From Bacillota bacterium (GTDB lineage: Bacteria; Bacillota_I; Bacilli_A; RF39; UBA660): DNA of 64,000 nucleotides. Both the position numbers and the translations under genes were made by a program. The notes under the pieces were generated by a model. That model made no database searches and was not told the origin of the DNA. It saw only the letters and a program-made list of their open reading frames with translations. The stretch lies in contig JAEYYH010000026.1 in NCBI GenBank assembly GCA_023430885.1, positions 19,599 through 83,598 on the forward strand, given 5' to 3'. Each line of letters starts with the position of its first letter. The stretch's first letter is position 1. Below are positions 8,445-17,144 of this stretch, in pieces.

Positions 8445-9944
8445 ATGATGAAACCTATAGTATTGTGCATCTTAGATGGTGTGGGAATAAGAAAAGAAGA
8501 ACATGGAAATGCTTTTGCGCAAGCAGCAAAGCCAAATTTTGATTTTTTATGGAATAAATATCCACATAGTTTACTTGAAGCAAGTGGAGAATTAGTTGGA
8601 CTTCCTCATGGACAAATGGGTAATAGTGAGGTAGGACACATGAATATTGGAGCTGGAAGAATAGTATATCAGCCACTTCAATTAATAAATGAAAAAATAA
8701 AAAATGGTGATTTTTTTGATAATAAAGAATATATAGATGTAATGGACTATGTTAACGAAAGAGACTCGAAGTTACATATTTTTGGATTACTTAGTGATGG
8801 TGGAATACACTCACATATTAATCATTTATTTGCTATACTTGATATGGCTAAAAAAAATGGGATCAAAAAATTATATCTACATATGTTTTTAGATGGTAGA
8901 GATACTCTTCCAGATGTAGCAGAAACATACTTAGATAAACTTGCCAAAAAAATAGATGAAATTGATTTAGGAGTTATTGCAACTATATCAGGAAGATATT
9001 ATGCAATGGATAGAGATAATAGGTGGGATAGAGTTAGTTTAGCATATAATGCCATTGCTAATGCTGATGGTATCGAATACGATAATTATCACGATGCAAT
9101 AAAAGATAGCTATGCAAATAAAATTTATGATGAATTTGTTTTGCCTACTGTTCTTGATAAAAATGGAACAGTGGAAGAAAATGATGGAATGATTTTGTTT
9201 AATTATAGACCAGATAGAGGTAGAGAATTATTTAGTGCTTTCACTAATCCAAAATTTACTGGATTTGAGAGAAAATTTATTAAAAATTTGAAACTAGTTA
9301 CAATGATGCCACTTAGCAATGAAGTAATTAATACAACGGCATTTGATAATCAAAATTTAACAAACACTTTGGGGGAGTACTTGTCAGATAATAATAAAAA
9401 ACAATTAAGAATAGCTGAAACAGAAAAATATGCTCATGTAACATATTTCTTTGATGGAGGATTAGAAAAAGAATTATCTGGATGTGATAGAATTTTAATT
9501 CCATCACCAAAAGTTGCTACATATGATTTAGCCCCTGAAATGAGTGCTGTTCAAATAACAGACAAGTTAATTGAAGTAATTGATAATTATGATGTTGTTA
9601 TAGTTAATTATGCAAATGGTGATATGGTTGGTCATACAGGGGTAATACCTGCTGCCATCACAGCCATTGAGTGTGTAGATGAATGTTTGGGAAGATTATA
9701 CAAAAAGGTGGATGAGATTGGCGGAACTTTATTAGTAACTGCTGATCATGGTAATTGCGATTGGATGCTGGATGATAACAATAATGTTATAACAAGTCAT
9801 TCAACTAGTTTAGTGCCTTTTATTATTAATAGGGATGTGGAATTAAAAGATGGTAAACTTGCTGATATTGCACCAACTATTTTAAAGATTTTGGATCTTG
9901 AAATTCCAGAAGAGATGACAGGAAGTATTCTTATTAAGAATTGA
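8445..9944 (+). CDS. gpmI: 2,3-bisphosphoglycerate-independent phosphoglycerate mutase
   Basis: ILDGVGIR, GNSEVGHMNIGAGR, ADHGN motifs. About 500 aa, typical iPGM. Confidence 0.9.
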   Translation: MMKPIVLCILDGVGIRKEEHGNAFAQAAKPNFDFLWNKYPHSLLEASGELVGLPHGQMGNSEVGHMNIGAGRIVYQPLQLINEKIKNGDFFDNKEYIDVMDYVNERDSKLHIFGLLSDGGIHSHINHLFAILDMAKKNGIKKLYLHMFLDGRDTLPDVAETYLDKLAKKIDEIDLGVIATISGRYYAMDRDNRWDRVSLAYNAIANADGIEYDNYHDAIKDSYANKIYDEFVLPTVLDKNGTVEENDGMILFNYRPDRGRELFSAFTNPKFTGFERKFIKNLKLVTMMPLSNEVINTTAFDNQNLTNTLGEYLSDNNKKQLRIAETEKYAHVTYFFDGGLEKELSGCDRILIPSPKVATYDLAPEMSAVQITDKLIEVIDNYDVVIVNYANGDMVGHTGVIPAAITAIECVDECLGRLYKKVDEIGGTLLVTADHGNCDWMLDDNNNVITSHSTSLVPFIINRDVELKDGKLADIAPTILKILDLEIPEEMTGSILIKN

Positions 9945-9955
9945 GGAACTTAGTA

Positions 9956-11311
9956 ATGAAAGAAAAGAAAAAAACAAAAATAAAATTTAAGAAAATAAAT
10001 ATATTTATTGCTTTAAATATATTATTTTTGCTTGGATGTTGTGTATTTTACGGATCTAGATTAATTTATTATTATAAAGTTGAACACCCAAAAGTAAAAG
10101 CTAACGAAGATTTAGTAGATTTAGTAACGCTTAAAAAAAATATAACTACAGTAGGCTCTGGTTTATACAAAACTGATGACGGTTATGTATATAAGGGTGA
10201 TAAAGTAGCAAATTATGTGCAGTATTCAGGCAGATTATGGCGTGTTATATCAGTAGATAAAGATAATAATATAAAATTAATTACGGATGCTTCACAAACA
10301 TCACTGGTATGGGGAATCTCTACAGATTATAAAAATTCTTATGTTAGATCATGGTTAAATGATGAGAGTAATAATATTAAATCATTTTATGAAAGTTTAG
10401 CAGACACAAGTAACCTCGTAAAAACTAAAACTTGTATTGATGAAATTTCAGAAAATAGTATTACTTGTGACGATTATGTAGAAGATAATATAGGACTATT
10501 ATCTGCATATGAATATCAGCTTGCAGGTGGTGAAGATAGTTATTTAAACATTGAACAATATTGGTGGACTAGTAATATAAATGATAATGAAACTGCTTGG
10601 TATGTGTATTCTAAGGGAAGCTTAAATGACACATCATATTCAGGGACTATGTATTATAGCTATGGTGTAAGGCCAACAATAACTATTAAAGGAACATCAG
10701 AAGTTAAAAGTGGTGATGGTAGTAGTGAAAACCCATATAATTTGGATATTTCAACAACAAACATACTAAATAAAAAATATGTTGGTAACTATATAAATTA
10801 TAGTGATTATACATGGCGTATAATAGAAACAGATGATAACTATGTAAAAGTTGTTATGGATGGTGTTGTTAAGAAAGATAACAAGGATTATTATACATCT
10901 TTTGGAACAACAAATTATTATTCAGTAGATTCAAAAGTTGGTAATTATCTAAACAAAAACTTTTATAATAGTTTGGATAATAAAGAGTATATTTTAAAAT
11001 CCGACTTTTATGCTGGTAGATATGATTATTCAAATAAATATGATTTTAATAGTATAACTGAATATAATGAAACATTAAAAGTGGGCTTATTACAATTAGG
11101 GGAATTGTTCGTTACAGATGTTTCAAAATATTTCTTATCAACAAGAACCAAAACAACTGATAATAATATTTATCAAGTATTAGAAGATGGTCGAATATAT
11201 GCTGGTGATTTAACAGATGAGTTAATGCTAAGGCCAACTATATATTTAAAACCAGACTTAGCAATAAATTCAGGTAATGGTACACAGAAAGATCCATATA
11301 TAGTTGGGTAG
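9956..11311 (+). CDS. Membrane-anchored extracellular protein with two internally repeated ~200-aa halves (function unknown). Start ATG 9956 after RBS GAGGAAC; the track's 9941 start overlaps the gpmI stop
   Basis: N-terminal TM INIFIALNILFLLGCCVFYG. Repeats G.KVANYVQYSGRLWRVI / KKYVGNYINYSDYTWRII. Each half ends NPY.L / DPYIV. Confidence 0.45.
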   Translation: MKEKKKTKIKFKKINIFIALNILFLLGCCVFYGSRLIYYYKVEHPKVKANEDLVDLVTLKKNITTVGSGLYKTDDGYVYKGDKVANYVQYSGRLWRVISVDKDNNIKLITDASQTSLVWGISTDYKNSYVRSWLNDESNNIKSFYESLADTSNLVKTKTCIDEISENSITCDDYVEDNIGLLSAYEYQLAGGEDSYLNIEQYWWTSNINDNETAWYVYSKGSLNDTSYSGTMYYSYGVRPTITIKGTSEVKSGDGSSENPYNLDISTTNILNKKYVGNYINYSDYTWRIIETDDNYVKVVMDGVVKKDNKDYYTSFGTTNYYSVDSKVGNYLNKNFYNSLDNKEYILKSDFYAGRYDYSNKYDFNSITEYNETLKVGLLQLGELFVTDVSKYFLSTRTKTTDNNIYQVLEDGRIYAGDLTDELMLRPTIYLKPDLAINSGNGTQKDPYIVG

Positions 11312-11318
11312 GTGACAT

Positions 11319-12329
11319 ATGAAAAAAAGTATATTTATATTAGTGACAATAGATTTTATAGTGGCAATATGTTTCTTTTTGACATATGGACCAATTGGTT
11401 ATTTTAGAAATTTTTTAATAACCACTGCTATGACTACTATGGATCACAAATATTTAGCTAGAATTTTCTATTCAGAAGATACAATTAATCGAGTATTAAG
11501 TGAAAATACAATAGAAGGCTTTTCCACTGGAACGGATACCAAACAAATAAATATTGGTGGTAGTGATGAGGACAATAAATATGCATCTGCATATGAAAAA
11601 GAAATTCTTGATCATAAAAAAGGTGATGTTTATAAACTAATTGAGTTTGAATATAATGGATATGATGCATATTTAGTTGCAGTTTATGATCCTACTAGAA
11701 TAAGCCTAATACAAACAAATAAAATAGGAAGTTATGGTCAAACTTTACTTAATATGGCTAAAGATAATGATGCTTTAGTAGCTATAAATGCCGGAGGATT
11801 TGAAGATCCTAATGGTCAAGGCAATGGTGGAACTCCTATGGGAAGTGTTATAAAAAATGGCAAAGTAGTGTGGGGAAGTAGTAGTGCTCCTACTGCAATG
11901 GCAGGATTTACTGATAAAGGTATTTTATTACTTAGTTATGGTAGTCCAAGTGATGCAATAAAACAAGGAATGAAAGATGCAGTTCAATTTGGGCCATTCT
12001 TGATTGTTAATGGTGTATCAGCTACTATAAATGGTAATGGCGGATGGGGAATCAATCCTCGTACAGCTATTGCTCAAAGAAAAGATGGTATAGTATTATT
12101 TTTAGTTATAGATGGAAACGGTGCTAATAGGTATAATTGGAGTGGTCGTGGTGGCGCAACCTTAAATGATGTTATAGCAATATTTGAACGTTATGGTGCT
12201 TATAATGCTGTTAATATGGATGGTGGTGCTTCAACCAATTTAATTATAGAAAATAAATTATGGAATAATCCATGTGCTATTAGTTCAACAGGAGAAAGAG
12301 AACTTCCAAATGGCTGGATGGTAAAGTGA
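11319..12329 (+). CDS. Phosphodiester glycosidase family protein (DUF2233, NAGPA-like), N-terminal TM anchor
   Basis: AINAGGFEDPNG, PRTAIAQRKDGIVLFLVIDG and NAVNMDGGAS motifs characteristic of DUF2233. Confidence 0.6.
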   Translation: MKKSIFILVTIDFIVAICFFLTYGPIGYFRNFLITTAMTTMDHKYLARIFYSEDTINRVLSENTIEGFSTGTDTKQINIGGSDEDNKYASAYEKEILDHKKGDVYKLIEFEYNGYDAYLVAVYDPTRISLIQTNKIGSYGQTLLNMAKDNDALVAINAGGFEDPNGQGNGGTPMGSVIKNGKVVWGSSSAPTAMAGFTDKGILLLSYGSPSDAIKQGMKDAVQFGPFLIVNGVSATINGNGGWGINPRTAIAQRKDGIVLFLVIDGNGANRYNWSGRGGATLNDVIAIFERYGAYNAVNMDGGASTNLIIENKLWNNPCAISSTGERELPNGWMVK

Positions 12330-12415
12330 TACATTAGTATCACTTTTTAATTTTTATTGTCTTATTTGCTTTAAAAAACAACGGTTTTTTGATAGAATAG
12401 ATAGAAGGTGATAGT

Positions 12416-15400
12416 ATGCATGAAAAATTAAAATTACTTTTAGAACAAGTAAATATGCCTAAAGAATATTATTCATATTTTAAAGATGGAAATTTGGATA
12501 AAATATCAGTATCAAAAAGAGAAAATACAGTTACTTTTATTGTAACTTTAGATAAAATATTACCAGTAGAAGTATATGTAAAATTATGTAATTTAATAAG
12601 TAATCAATTTAATATGTATAAGGAAACAAATGTAATTATAAATGTCTTAAATAAAGATTTTACTTTGTTAACAGAGTATTATAATTATTTAATTGAAGAA
12701 TATAGTATTGATTATCCATTATTACAAATGTTTGCGGGAATCTCAAATAAATTAGAAGATGATAATTTATATCTTGAGGTAAGTAATAAAGCTGAAGAAA
12801 TGAAACTTGAGAGTATAAAAGATAGAATAATTAGTGATTTAAATAGTGTTGGTTATAATAATATTAAAATCAAAGTTAATATTAATGAAGAAGCAAGAAA
12901 TGCTATTTTAAAGCAAATAGAGGAAGAAAAAGAAAAAGAACAACAGGTACTTAAAGAAGAAGCAGAAAAGAAGAATGCCATTATAAAAGGTTATGCCTTT
13001 GATGGTGAATCAAAAAGTATTAGTGATTTAAATTATGAAGGAAACAATATAATAATTGAAGCAAAAATATTTGGAATAGAAACAAAAGAAACTCCTAAAA
13101 TAAACATAATAACTTTAAAAGTAACGGATTATACAGATAGTATATTTGTAAAAGTATTTGAACGTGATTCTGAAGCTTATAAAAAGTTAGTTAAAAGTTT
13201 AAAACCAGGAAATTGGTTTAAAATGCGTGGCAGGGTGCAAGATGATGCATACTCTAAAGAAATTGTAATGATGGCTAATGATATCATCGCTATTAAACCT
13301 AAGGATGGTAATAAGGTCGTAGATGATGCTGAAGAAAAAAGAATTGAACTTCATGCACATACTAAAATGAGTCAGATGGATGGATTAGCAGATGAAGTTG
13401 CATTAGTAAAACAAGCCATGGCTTTTGGGCATAAGGGAATAGCAATAACAGATCATAATGGATGTCAGGCTTTTCCACATGTTTATAGTACTGTTAGTGA
13501 ATATAATAGAAAAATAGAAAATCCAGAGGATAAATTTAAGGCAATATATGGAACTGAACTTACTATGGTTGATGATGAAGTTTATACTATAATTAGAGGT
13601 AACGATAGTAGACTTGATGAAAATATTTATGTGATTTTTGACGTTGAAACAACAGGATTTAATGCAGGACTTAGTGATCAAATGATTGAAATTGGTGCTG
13701 TTAAAATTAAAGATGGAGAGATAACTGAGAGATTTGATGAACTTATTAATCCGGGTTATCCTATTGATTCTGAAATAACAGAAGTAACTTCAATAACAAA
13801 TGCTATGTTAATTGGAAAACCGAGTGAAGAAGAAGTTGTAAAAAGATTTAAAGATTTTATTGGTGATATGCCACTTGTAGCACATAATGCAAAATTTGAT
13901 ATGTCAATGTTAGAAATGGCATATTATAAATACAATTTAGGGCAGCTTACAAATCCTGTATTAGATACACTAGAAATATCTCGTACTATGGATAGAGATT
14001 ATTCTAAGCATAGTTTATCAGCACTTGTAAAAAGATATGCTATTCCATTTGATGAAGAACATCATCATAGAGCAGATTATGATGATGAGGGTACAGGTTA
14101 TATATTTTGTAAAATGATTAAAAAAATGCAGATGATGGGTATAGAAACACTAAATGACGTGAAAAAACTATGTACACCAGAGGAAACACACAAGTTTGCT
14201 AGAGAATATCACATTAATTTATTAGCATTAAATAAAACAGGTTTAAAAAATATATTTAAAATTGTTAGTTTAGCTAATACAACATATATATCAAAAGTTC
14301 CAAAAATTCCTCGCAAAGTAATTGAAGAAAACCGTGATGGCTTATTAGTAGGTAGTGGTTGCTATAAAAGTGAAGCTTTTTATGTAGCATCTACTAGATC
14401 TGATGAAGTACTTGAAGAAGTAATAAAATTTTATGATTACGTTGAAGTACAGCCACCAGAAGTATATGAACATTTAGTTTGGGGTCACGATGTAGATAAT
14501 GATAAAGATATAAAAGAATGTATTAGTAAAATTATTAGATGTACAAAAAAAACTGGCAAATTAATAGTTGCAACTGGTGATGTACACCATATATCTAGGG
14601 ATGATAAATTATATCGCGAATTTATAGTTAATCAAAAAGTTCCAGGTGGCGGAAGGCATCCACTAGCTAGAACACTTGATAAATTTCAAAAGATTCCAAG
14701 TCAGCATTTTAGAACAACAAAAGAAATGTTAAATGATTTTAGTTTCTTAGATGAAGATTTGCGCAAGGAAATAGTTATAGATAATCCTAAAGAAATATTA
14801 GATAAAGTAGATGAGATAGAAGTAATTATTGAAACGGGTGGTGTTCCTTTCTCGCCAATAATCGATAAATCAGTAGAAACAGTTACTAGTCTTGTTTTTG
14901 ATAAAGCAAAAGAATGGTACGGATCACCACTACCATTAAATATTGAAGAACGTATTTCAAAAGAATTATATGGTGATATATTATATAACAGTATTAAAGA
15001 AGATATTGAACAAGAAGGAAAACTAAGTGGACAAGAACTTGAAGAGACTGTATTTAAAAAATTACATGAAATAATACTTCAAGGTAAAGATGCAGTTAAG
15101 GACATAGTAAGAGTTAATATAAAGAAACATGATGAAGAATCTTTAGATGAAAAAGCTTTAGAAAAAAAGGTAAATAAATCTTTAGGAGGAATTATTGGTG
15201 GTGGATTTGATGTTATCTACTTAATAGCTCAAAAACTTGTAAACCACTCCAATGAAGATGGTTATTTAGTAGGATCAAGAGGTTCTGTAGGATCTTCATT
15301 TGTAGCAACCATGATGGGTATAACAGAAGTTAATCCACTTCCGGCACATTATAGATGTTTAAATTGTAAAATGAGTATTTTTGATGACGATAATGGCAAT

Positions 15401-16975
15401 CCTTTAGGAGCTGAATACTCTTCTGGGTTTGATTTACCTGATAAAATATGTCCAAATTGTGGAGAAAGATTATTTAAAGATGGTCAAGATATGCCGTTTG
15501 CGACATTCTTAGGTTTCAATGCTGATAAAGTACCTGATATAGATCTTAACTTTTCAGATTTAAATCAAGCAGCCGCTCATGAATATACTAAGGTTTTATT
15601 TGGTGAAGATAATGTATATAGAGCAGGAACAATTGGTACTGTAGCTGATAAGACAGCTTATGGATTTGTAAAAGGATTTTACGAAGACCGTGGAATTGTA
15701 AAAAGAAGTGCTGAAATTGAAAGATTAGCAGCTGGATGTACTGGCGTTAAAAGAACAACTGGGCAGCATCCAGGTGGAATTGTTGTTATTCCTGGGTATA
15801 TGGATGTATTTGATTTTACACCATTTCAATATCCAGCTGACGATAATACTGCGGCATGGAGAACTACTCATTTCGATTATCATGCTATCGATCAAGATGT
15901 ATTGAAACTTGATATTTTAGGTCATTCGGATCCAACACAGCTACGTATGATACAGGATTTAACAGGTATGGACGTTACTAAAGTTCCTTTAGATGATAAA
16001 GAAACAATGGCAATATTCTTATCACCTGAACCACTTGGTGTAACAAAAGAACAAATAATGTGCGAGACAGGGACAATAGGAGTACCAGAATTTGGAACGC
16101 CGTTTACTATTGGAATGCTTGTTGACACTAAACCTAAAACTTTTTCAGAACTTATTAAAATATCTGGTCTTTCACATGGTACTGATGTTTGGTTAGGTAA
16201 CGCTCAAGAATTAATAAGAAATAATGTTGTTCCTTTTAAGGAAGTAATTGGGTGTCGTGATGATATCATGGTATATCTAATGTATAACGGTTTAAAACCA
16301 ATAAAAGCATTTAAAATTATGGAATTTGTTCGTAAAGGAAAAGCAAGTAAGGAAATAGATGCATGGAAAGAACATGTTGAGACAATGCGGCAAGCAGGAA
16401 TTGCTGAATGGTTTATTGATTCATGTGCTAAAATAAAGTACATGTTTCCAAAAGCACATGCGGCTGCTTACGTAATTAGTGCATTTAGAATTGCATATTT
16501 CAAAGTTCATTATCCAGCAGTGTATTATGCATCATATTTAACATCACGTATAACTGATTTTGATATTGATGTTATGATAAAAGGATACAATGCTATTAGA
16601 AATAAAATAATAGAAATTAATAACAAAGGTTATGATGTTACAAACAAAGAAAGTTCTATTGTTGATACTCTTAAAATAGCTCTTGAAGCTACTGCTAGAG
16701 GAATTAAATTTGGTAAAATAGATATTATGCATAGTCACGCAGAACACTTTTTAATTGCAGAAGATGGTAAAACAATAATACCACCATTTAGAACATTAGA
16801 TGGTTTAGGAGAAAATGTTGCCAAAAAGATAGTTGAAGAACGAGAAATAAGACCTTTTATAAGTATTGAAGACTTACAAAAACGTGGAAAAGTTTCTGGA
16901 ACATTAATTGATAAAATGCGTACTATGGGTATACTTGACGGAATGGATGAATCTAGTCAGTTATCTTTATTTTAA
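12416..16975 (+). CDS. polC: DNA polymerase III PolC-type (Gram-positive replicative polymerase with PHP, 3'-5' exonuclease and polymerase domains)
   Basis: 1519 aa. Exonuclease motif VIFDVETTGF, PHP domain ELHAHTKMSQMDG, Zn-finger CLNCKMS...CPNCGE, conserved PolC polymerase core. Confidence 0.93.
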   Translation: MHEKLKLLLEQVNMPKEYYSYFKDGNLDKISVSKRENTVTFIVTLDKILPVEVYVKLCNLISNQFNMYKETNVIINVLNKDFTLLTEYYNYLIEEYSIDYPLLQMFAGISNKLEDDNLYLEVSNKAEEMKLESIKDRIISDLNSVGYNNIKIKVNINEEARNAILKQIEEEKEKEQQVLKEEAEKKNAIIKGYAFDGESKSISDLNYEGNNIIIEAKIFGIETKETPKINIITLKVTDYTDSIFVKVFERDSEAYKKLVKSLKPGNWFKMRGRVQDDAYSKEIVMMANDIIAIKPKDGNKVVDDAEEKRIELHAHTKMSQMDGLADEVALVKQAMAFGHKGIAITDHNGCQAFPHVYSTVSEYNRKIENPEDKFKAIYGTELTMVDDEVYTIIRGNDSRLDENIYVIFDVETTGFNAGLSDQMIEIGAVKIKDGEITERFDELINPGYPIDSEITEVTSITNAMLIGKPSEEEVVKRFKDFIGDMPLVAHNAKFDMSMLEMAYYKYNLGQLTNPVLDTLEISRTMDRDYSKHSLSALVKRYAIPFDEEHHHRADYDDEGTGYIFCKMIKKMQMMGIETLNDVKKLCTPEETHKFAREYHINLLALNKTGLKNIFKIVSLANTTYISKVPKIPRKVIEENRDGLLVGSGCYKSEAFYVASTRSDEVLEEVIKFYDYVEVQPPEVYEHLVWGHDVDNDKDIKECISKIIRCTKKTGKLIVATGDVHHISRDDKLYREFIVNQKVPGGGRHPLARTLDKFQKIPSQHFRTTKEMLNDFSFLDEDLRKEIVIDNPKEILDKVDEIEVIIETGGVPFSPIIDKSVETVTSLVFDKAKEWYGSPLPLNIEERISKELYGDILYNSIKEDIEQEGKLSGQELEETVFKKLHEIILQGKDAVKDIVRVNIKKHDEESLDEKALEKKVNKSLGGIIGGGFDVIYLIAQKLVNHSNEDGYLVGSRGSVGSSFVATMMGITEVNPLPAHYRCLNCKMSIFDDDNGNPLGAEYSSGFDLPDKICPNCGERLFKDGQDMPFATFLGFNADKVPDIDLNFSDLNQAAAHEYTKVLFGEDNVYRAGTIGTVADKTAYGFVKGFYEDRGIVKRSAEIERLAAGCTGVKRTTGQHPGGIVVIPGYMDVFDFTPFQYPADDNTAAWRTTHFDYHAIDQDVLKLDILGHSDPTQLRMIQDLTGMDVTKVPLDDKETMAIFLSPEPLGVTKEQIMCETGTIGVPEFGTPFTIGMLVDTKPKTFSELIKISGLSHGTDVWLGNAQELIRNNVVPFKEVIGCRDDIMVYLMYNGLKPIKAFKIMEFVRKGKASKEIDAWKEHVETMRQAGIAEWFIDSCAKIKYMFPKAHAAAYVISAFRIAYFKVHYPAVYYASYLTSRITDFDIDVMIKGYNAIRNKIIEINNKGYDVTNKESSIVDTLKIALEATARGIKFGKIDIMHSHAEHFLIAEDGKTIIPPFRTLDGLGENVAKKIVEEREIRPFISIEDLQKRGKVSGTLIDKMRTMGILDGMDESSQLSLF

Positions 16976-17001
16976 AAAAGCAAAATTTTTGCTTTTTTTA
17001 T
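16976..17001 (+). terminator. Rho-independent terminator after polC (GCAAAATTTTTGC hairpin plus T-run)
   Basis: AAAAAGCAAAATTTTTGCTTTTTTTATTTT read in sequence. Confidence 0.5.
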
Positions 17002-17144
17002 TTTCACTAATTACTTATTAAGTAGTACAAATAGAAGATTTTACTAATCTATTATTTAACAAATATAGTTTTTTCTTTTGGGATATTTATTTATAAACAA
17101 TGTTATATATGATATAATATTTAAATAATGAGGAGGTTTTAGAA

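Noticed and set aside
8455-9510. Short minus-strand ORFs inside gpmI (and similar ones inside polC, polA, asnS and aspS)
   Set aside because: Antisense to well-supported conserved genes. AT-rich genomes generate many such ORFs.
12330-12415. AAAAAACAACGGTTTTTT hairpin upstream of polC as a terminator
   Set aside because: The stem is only A/T with a single G-C pair. Too weak to call.
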